The notes beneath the pieces are model-generated. The model was given only the letters and a program-made list of their open reading frames with translations, ran no database searches and had not been told where the DNA came from. A stretch of DNA of 64,000 bases from the NCBI GenBank assembly GCA_009859145.1, contig VRVR01000008.1:359957-423956 (forward strand), given 5' to 3'. This DNA is from Andalucia godoyi And28 (taxonomy: Eukaryota; Protista; Jakobida). Below are positions 60,308-64,000 of this stretch, one piece after another (the stretch's first letter is position 1; every line of letters begins with the position of its first letter). The position numbers and the translations under genes are program-made.

Positions 60308-61870
60308 ATGCGCAGAAGGTCACTGCTTGTTGCAATCGTTCTGATGGTGATGGGACTTGAATATCGGATCGGATGCCATGGGATGGATACGTCCGGAGTA
60401 TTCGCAGACGCGGAGCGGATTCACTATCGAGACCACGTCAAAGGCATGTTCGATCATGCATTCTCGTCGTATATGACCCATGCGTTTCCACAAGACGAAT
60501 TACGGCCACTGACATGCTCGGGGAGAAACACGTGGGGGCCGTATGCGCTAACTTTGGTCGATGCCATGGACACATTGGCAATCATGGGCAATCGTACAGA
60601 ATTTGAGCGCGCCGTTCGCTGGGTAATTGAAAATGCACGATTCGATCGCGACATTACTGTTTCGGTCTTTGAAACCAACATTCGCATTCTCGGGGGCCTG
60701 CTGTCGTCGCACTTCTTTGCTTTCGAGTACGAGGAAAGTAAATTGGAATGGTACCAAGGAGAGCTGCTTTCCCTGGCCGTGGATTTGGGCAGGCGCCTTC
60801 TTCCAGCCTTTGAAACTCCCACTGGAATTCCGTTTGGAATGGTGAACCTGCAAACGGGCGTGAATCCAGGAGAATCGAAGGTGACGTCAACTGCCGGCGC
60901 CGGGACGTTCCTGCTGGAGTTCGGCATTCTTTCTCGTCTTACTGGAGATCCGGTTTTTGAGCAGGCTGCTCGAAATGCATCGAATGCGCTCTTTCGGTAC
61001 CGATCGTCCATAGGACTGGTTGGAAACCATATTTCAGTCGTTGATGGAACGTGGACATTGCGAGATGCGGGCATCGGCGCGGGTGTGGATTCCTTCCTGG
61101 AATACCTTGCAAAATCGTACTTGTTGTTCGGCGATGTCGATTCCATTGAGAAGTTTGTCGTTCTCGAGAAACCGATCAACGCGTATCTGAAGCGCGGTCC
61201 GTGGTATTTTGATGTCAATATGGATACGGGCGGCGTTTCATGGCCTCTCTACAACAGCCTTCAGGGCTTTTGGCCAGGTTTGCTGGCGTCGCTGGGACGG
61301 GTTCCGGAGGCGCAGGAAACAATGAAAGCATTTCATGGCGTTTGGCGCCAGTTTGGGTCGGTTCCTGAAGGGTTTAATGTGCTAACCGGTTCTGTGCAGG
61401 CTGGGCAAAGTGGATATCCTCTTCGCCCGGAATTGATGGAATCGGCGTACCATTTGTATCGCGCCACGAAGGATCCGCTGTATCTCATGATGGGCAGGGA
61501 TTACGTCGAGAGTTTAGACTACGTCTCTCGCGTCCCATGCGGGTATGCAAATGTCTTGGATGTTCAGAACCGGCAGCTGGACGATCGCATGGAATCGTTT
61601 TTTCTTTCAGAAACGCTCAAGTACCTTTACCTTCTCTTTGACACGGAGAATCCGATGCATCAACGCTGGATGATTCTCAACACGGAAGGCCATCCGTTCC
61701 CCGTGCAAACAAACAACATGGACGACAACGTCCGACGAGGTTCGTTAAAGAATGCATCTGGACATCCTGCTCCGTTTTCATGTCCTGTGCGGGAATCCCT
61801 GGCAGACCTGTCAAGGTGTGGGCTTGACTTGGTAGCCATCGATCGTCAGACCGACTCTTACAAAACGTAG
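60308..61870 (+). CDS. EDEM2: ER degradation-enhancing alpha-1,2-mannosidase (GH47, EDEM2-like)
   Basis: MF.HAF.SYM..AFP.DELRPLTC.G, TLVDAMDTL, FETNIRILGGLLS, GIGAGVDSFLEY, YPLRPELMES, MESFFLSET.KYLYLLF, NTEGHP. Confidence 0.88.
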   Translation: MRRRSLLVAIVLMVMGLEYRIGCHGMDTSGVFADAERIHYRDHVKGMFDHAFSSYMTHAFPQDELRPLTCSGRNTWGPYALTLVDAMDTLAIMGNRTEFERAVRWVIENARFDRDITVSVFETNIRILGGLLSSHFFAFEYEESKLEWYQGELLSLAVDLGRRLLPAFETPTGIPFGMVNLQTGVNPGESKVTSTAGAGTFLLEFGILSRLTGDPVFEQAARNASNALFRYRSSIGLVGNHISVVDGTWTLRDAGIGAGVDSFLEYLAKSYLLFGDVDSIEKFVVLEKPINAYLKRGPWYFDVNMDTGGVSWPLYNSLQGFWPGLLASLGRVPEAQETMKAFHGVWRQFGSVPEGFNVLTGSVQAGQSGYPLRPELMESAYHLYRATKDPLYLMMGRDYVESLDYVSRVPCGYANVLDVQNRQLDDRMESFFLSETLKYLYLLFDTENPMHQRWMILNTEGHPFPVQTNNMDDNVRRGSLKNASGHPAPFSCPVRESLADLSRCGLDLVAIDRQTDSYKT

Positions 61871-61876
61871 GACAAC

Positions 61877-63157
61877 TCAACGGGTTTCCAAGTATTGTCC
61901 AATCCATTTGGCTGTTGCTGCCATGTAGTAGTCGGGATCACCCTCCGTGGAATAATCCAGGTACTTGTGAGTACTGGAAGAGTGGGCGACAGCAGGCTCG
62001 ATCTGCGTCCCTTCGTGCCATTCGTTGAAGGATGTGATTCCGACTGCCCCTGGCTGCAGGTCCATCGCAGCCTTCCAACTTGCATCATAGTACGCTCCTT
62101 GCGATCGACTGTGAGTGTTTCGAGAATTCCATGGACGAATACGCTCGTCGTCATATCCCGGTCCGACGCACGGAACAAATATCAAGTGGTTCTGATCTGC
62201 GAACGTGCTGATGGTTTTCCAGTTCGCTCGTGTGGAGCCCCAGACAAACCCGTCGGCGGCAAAGTATGTGTAGATGCCATCGAATCCGGCTCTCTGCAGT
62301 TCCTGCAGGTGCTGGTTTTCTACTACAAGCCCAATGAACACAGCGTCAGCGTGCCGACTTCGAATTCCCAGCGATCCGCCGGGCAGCAGCAACTCGGCCC
62401 ACTCGTTAGAAGTCGTTAAATATGAATCGTAGATAAAAAACCAAGGCAGGAATGCCGGGTACTGGGAATATGTTTCGTAAATATAATCGATGTTCTTCGC
62501 GACGTTCCGTGCATCGCGCCTGGGGTACGGTTCAATATGAAAGGAAATCCTCATACCGTAAAGCTCCGCAGCGGCAAACAACAATGGAAGTACTTCATCT
62601 GTCATGCCGCGTTCCCCCTGTTCGTCTTGCTTGTCACCCCACCAAGTCACGCACGCCGTACCGACTCCAGCGGCTGCCATCCAAGCAAAATGAGCATTCA
62701 CGACTGACGGGTCCTTTGACGAATACAGCCCAAGGGCCGGCCAAAACGTAGATCCAATATCCTCTGGAGCTTGAAACTCCTTTCCATCAGTGACCAGCAC
62801 CTTGTGATTCCAATGAATATACTTGCCATTGTTGCTCGGGTTCCCATACCACGAATAATAGAATGCGTGGACTCGGTGGTCCACAACAAACGTCTTTGCT
62901 GTCCCGAGATTATCCAGGAATACTTGGGTGTCTCGAATAACGTCATCTGCGTGGGACAGTCCTTTCGACATGGCTGCCACAAGCCCTGCACTCAGCGTCG
63001 AATCCTGTGATGCGGATGCAGATTGCGGGAGGTCGGACTGGGGGGCAGGCTCTGCTACAAGCCACTTGAACACAAAGACAACAGTAAATACGCCAATCAA
63101 AACGAACTTGAGGTGCCGGATTGAAGGACGCAACTGTGCCGGCGATAGTCTCATCAC
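61877..63157 (-). CDS. MANEA: Glycoprotein endo-alpha-1,2-mannosidase (GH99), type II membrane protein
   Basis: N-terminal TM; HAFYYSWYGNP, DIGS.FWP.LG.YSS.D, FHIEPY, YTYFAA.GF, GPGY.DERIRPWN and catalytic ITSFNEWHEGTQIE. Confidence 0.92.
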   Translation of the reverse strand: MMRLSPAQLRPSIRHLKFVLIGVFTVVFVFKWLVAEPAPQSDLPQSASASQDSTLSAGLVAAMSKGLSHADDVIRDTQVFLDNLGTAKTFVVDHRVHAFYYSWYGNPSNNGKYIHWNHKVLVTDGKEFQAPEDIGSTFWPALGLYSSKDPSVVNAHFAWMAAAGVGTACVTWWGDKQDEQGERGMTDEVLPLLFAAAELYGMRISFHIEPYPRRDARNVAKNIDYIYETYSQYPAFLPWFFIYDSYLTTSNEWAELLLPGGSLGIRSRHADAVFIGLVVENQHLQELQRAGFDGIYTYFAADGFVWGSTRANWKTISTFADQNHLIFVPCVGPGYDDERIRPWNSRNTHSRSQGAYYDASWKAAMDLQPGAVGITSFNEWHEGTQIEPAVAHSSSTHKYLDYSTEGDPDYYMAATAKWIGQYLETR

Positions 63158-64000
63158 GCCAATCCCACGTGTGCGGTCTGCAATGTGCCGACTTCATTCC
63201 AAAACGGGAAACAAATGAACATACAAAAAGTACTGCGGCCTTGGAGAAAAATGTCGAAGCGCCGATCTGTCGGACTCTCTTAAGACTACGACGGCTTTTT
63301 GATTGCTGGTTTATTCTGAAAATGAACATACATCTCGCCTACGCTGTACACAGAGCATGCATGACCATCGCCAGTCATGCGTACTCAGTGTTGCAACCCG
63401 GGCCACTTAAGCATGGGGTGGAAGGGGGTAGGCCTTAGCACGCCTTGCCCGTGTTCTCAAGAAAAAAATGTTGTTGCGCGCACCCATTCCCCAATCGCGA
63501 TCAATCCGGAATGCACACTGTGGACATGCAAACACCCTCCAATGCGGCGCTTTTCCCTTTCTGCAGGCTCCCTCCGCACTATATGAAACGGGGTCGAATT
63601 TCGGAAGGACGACAGTGTCTTACTCCCTCACACAGCCATTTTGCAAGCTTGCGATGCATGTCTGTCGTCAGGCTGCGGATCTGCTGATGCATTTGCAAAC
63701 ACAGGCCTCTTGTCAAGTGGGATTTGGTTCTTGTCCCGCACGCCGCTCAGCTGTGGAATGCACCCGGTGCGGACGGCCCAGCGTCAGAGGGATTGCCGCG
63801 AAAATGTCATACGTCTCACGTAGCTTGGCAGGTGGTCACTTACATTCGAATCGCGTGGCAAACACAAAAAATGCAAAACAAAAGGGGGTTGCTGCTTTAA
63901 AATGGTGTCCCAGAAAATTAGTGTCTGAACAATTCGGTTAAACGAGCAAACCCGGATGTCTCATTTTCGCTTGCGGACTGCTGCTTGCGTACGTTCATGC

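Noticed and set aside
63330-64000. Several short ORFs and a GCATGAC/GTCATGC hairpin at the window end
   Set aside because: No motif or consistent frame; probably promoter, UTR or an exon of a gene outside the window.

Overview
This is gene-dense, intron-poor eukaryotic nuclear DNA: AT-rich, microsatellite-rich intergenic spacers, a few short 5'-biased GT-AG introns, and centrosome/flagellum, ER and mitochondrial genes. It is consistent with a compact-genome free-living protist; the taxon cannot be fixed from the sequence. About 27 protein-coding genes are supported, including RPN1, LRRCC1-like, GULO/ALO, a tandem Dabb protein, spliced RUVBL1, SSR3, SMIM4/UQCC5-like, CDC6, spliced plant-type COX5C, NEDD1, mL41, mitochondrial IF3, an S28 peptidase, REXO4, DRG2, NDH-2, a VanZ-like protein, EDEM and endo-alpha-mannosidase. 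The accessory content is the most interesting part. (1) A decayed Fanzor1-type (eukaryotic TnpB-family RNA-guided nuclease) locus at 646-1758 has RuvC-I and RuvC-III motifs and a structured 3' tail that could be an omegaRNA. (2) Next to it is a 528-bp element bounded by perfect 16-bp inverted repeats, with a diverged second copy 56 kb away. (3) That second copy abuts a pseudogenised Crinkler-type restriction-endonuclease-fold plus kinase gene. (4) A second dispersed repeat family occurs at about 4.1 kb and 42.9 kb. No tRNA, rRNA or CRISPR array was found. All family assignments come from motif recognition by eye, not database searches.
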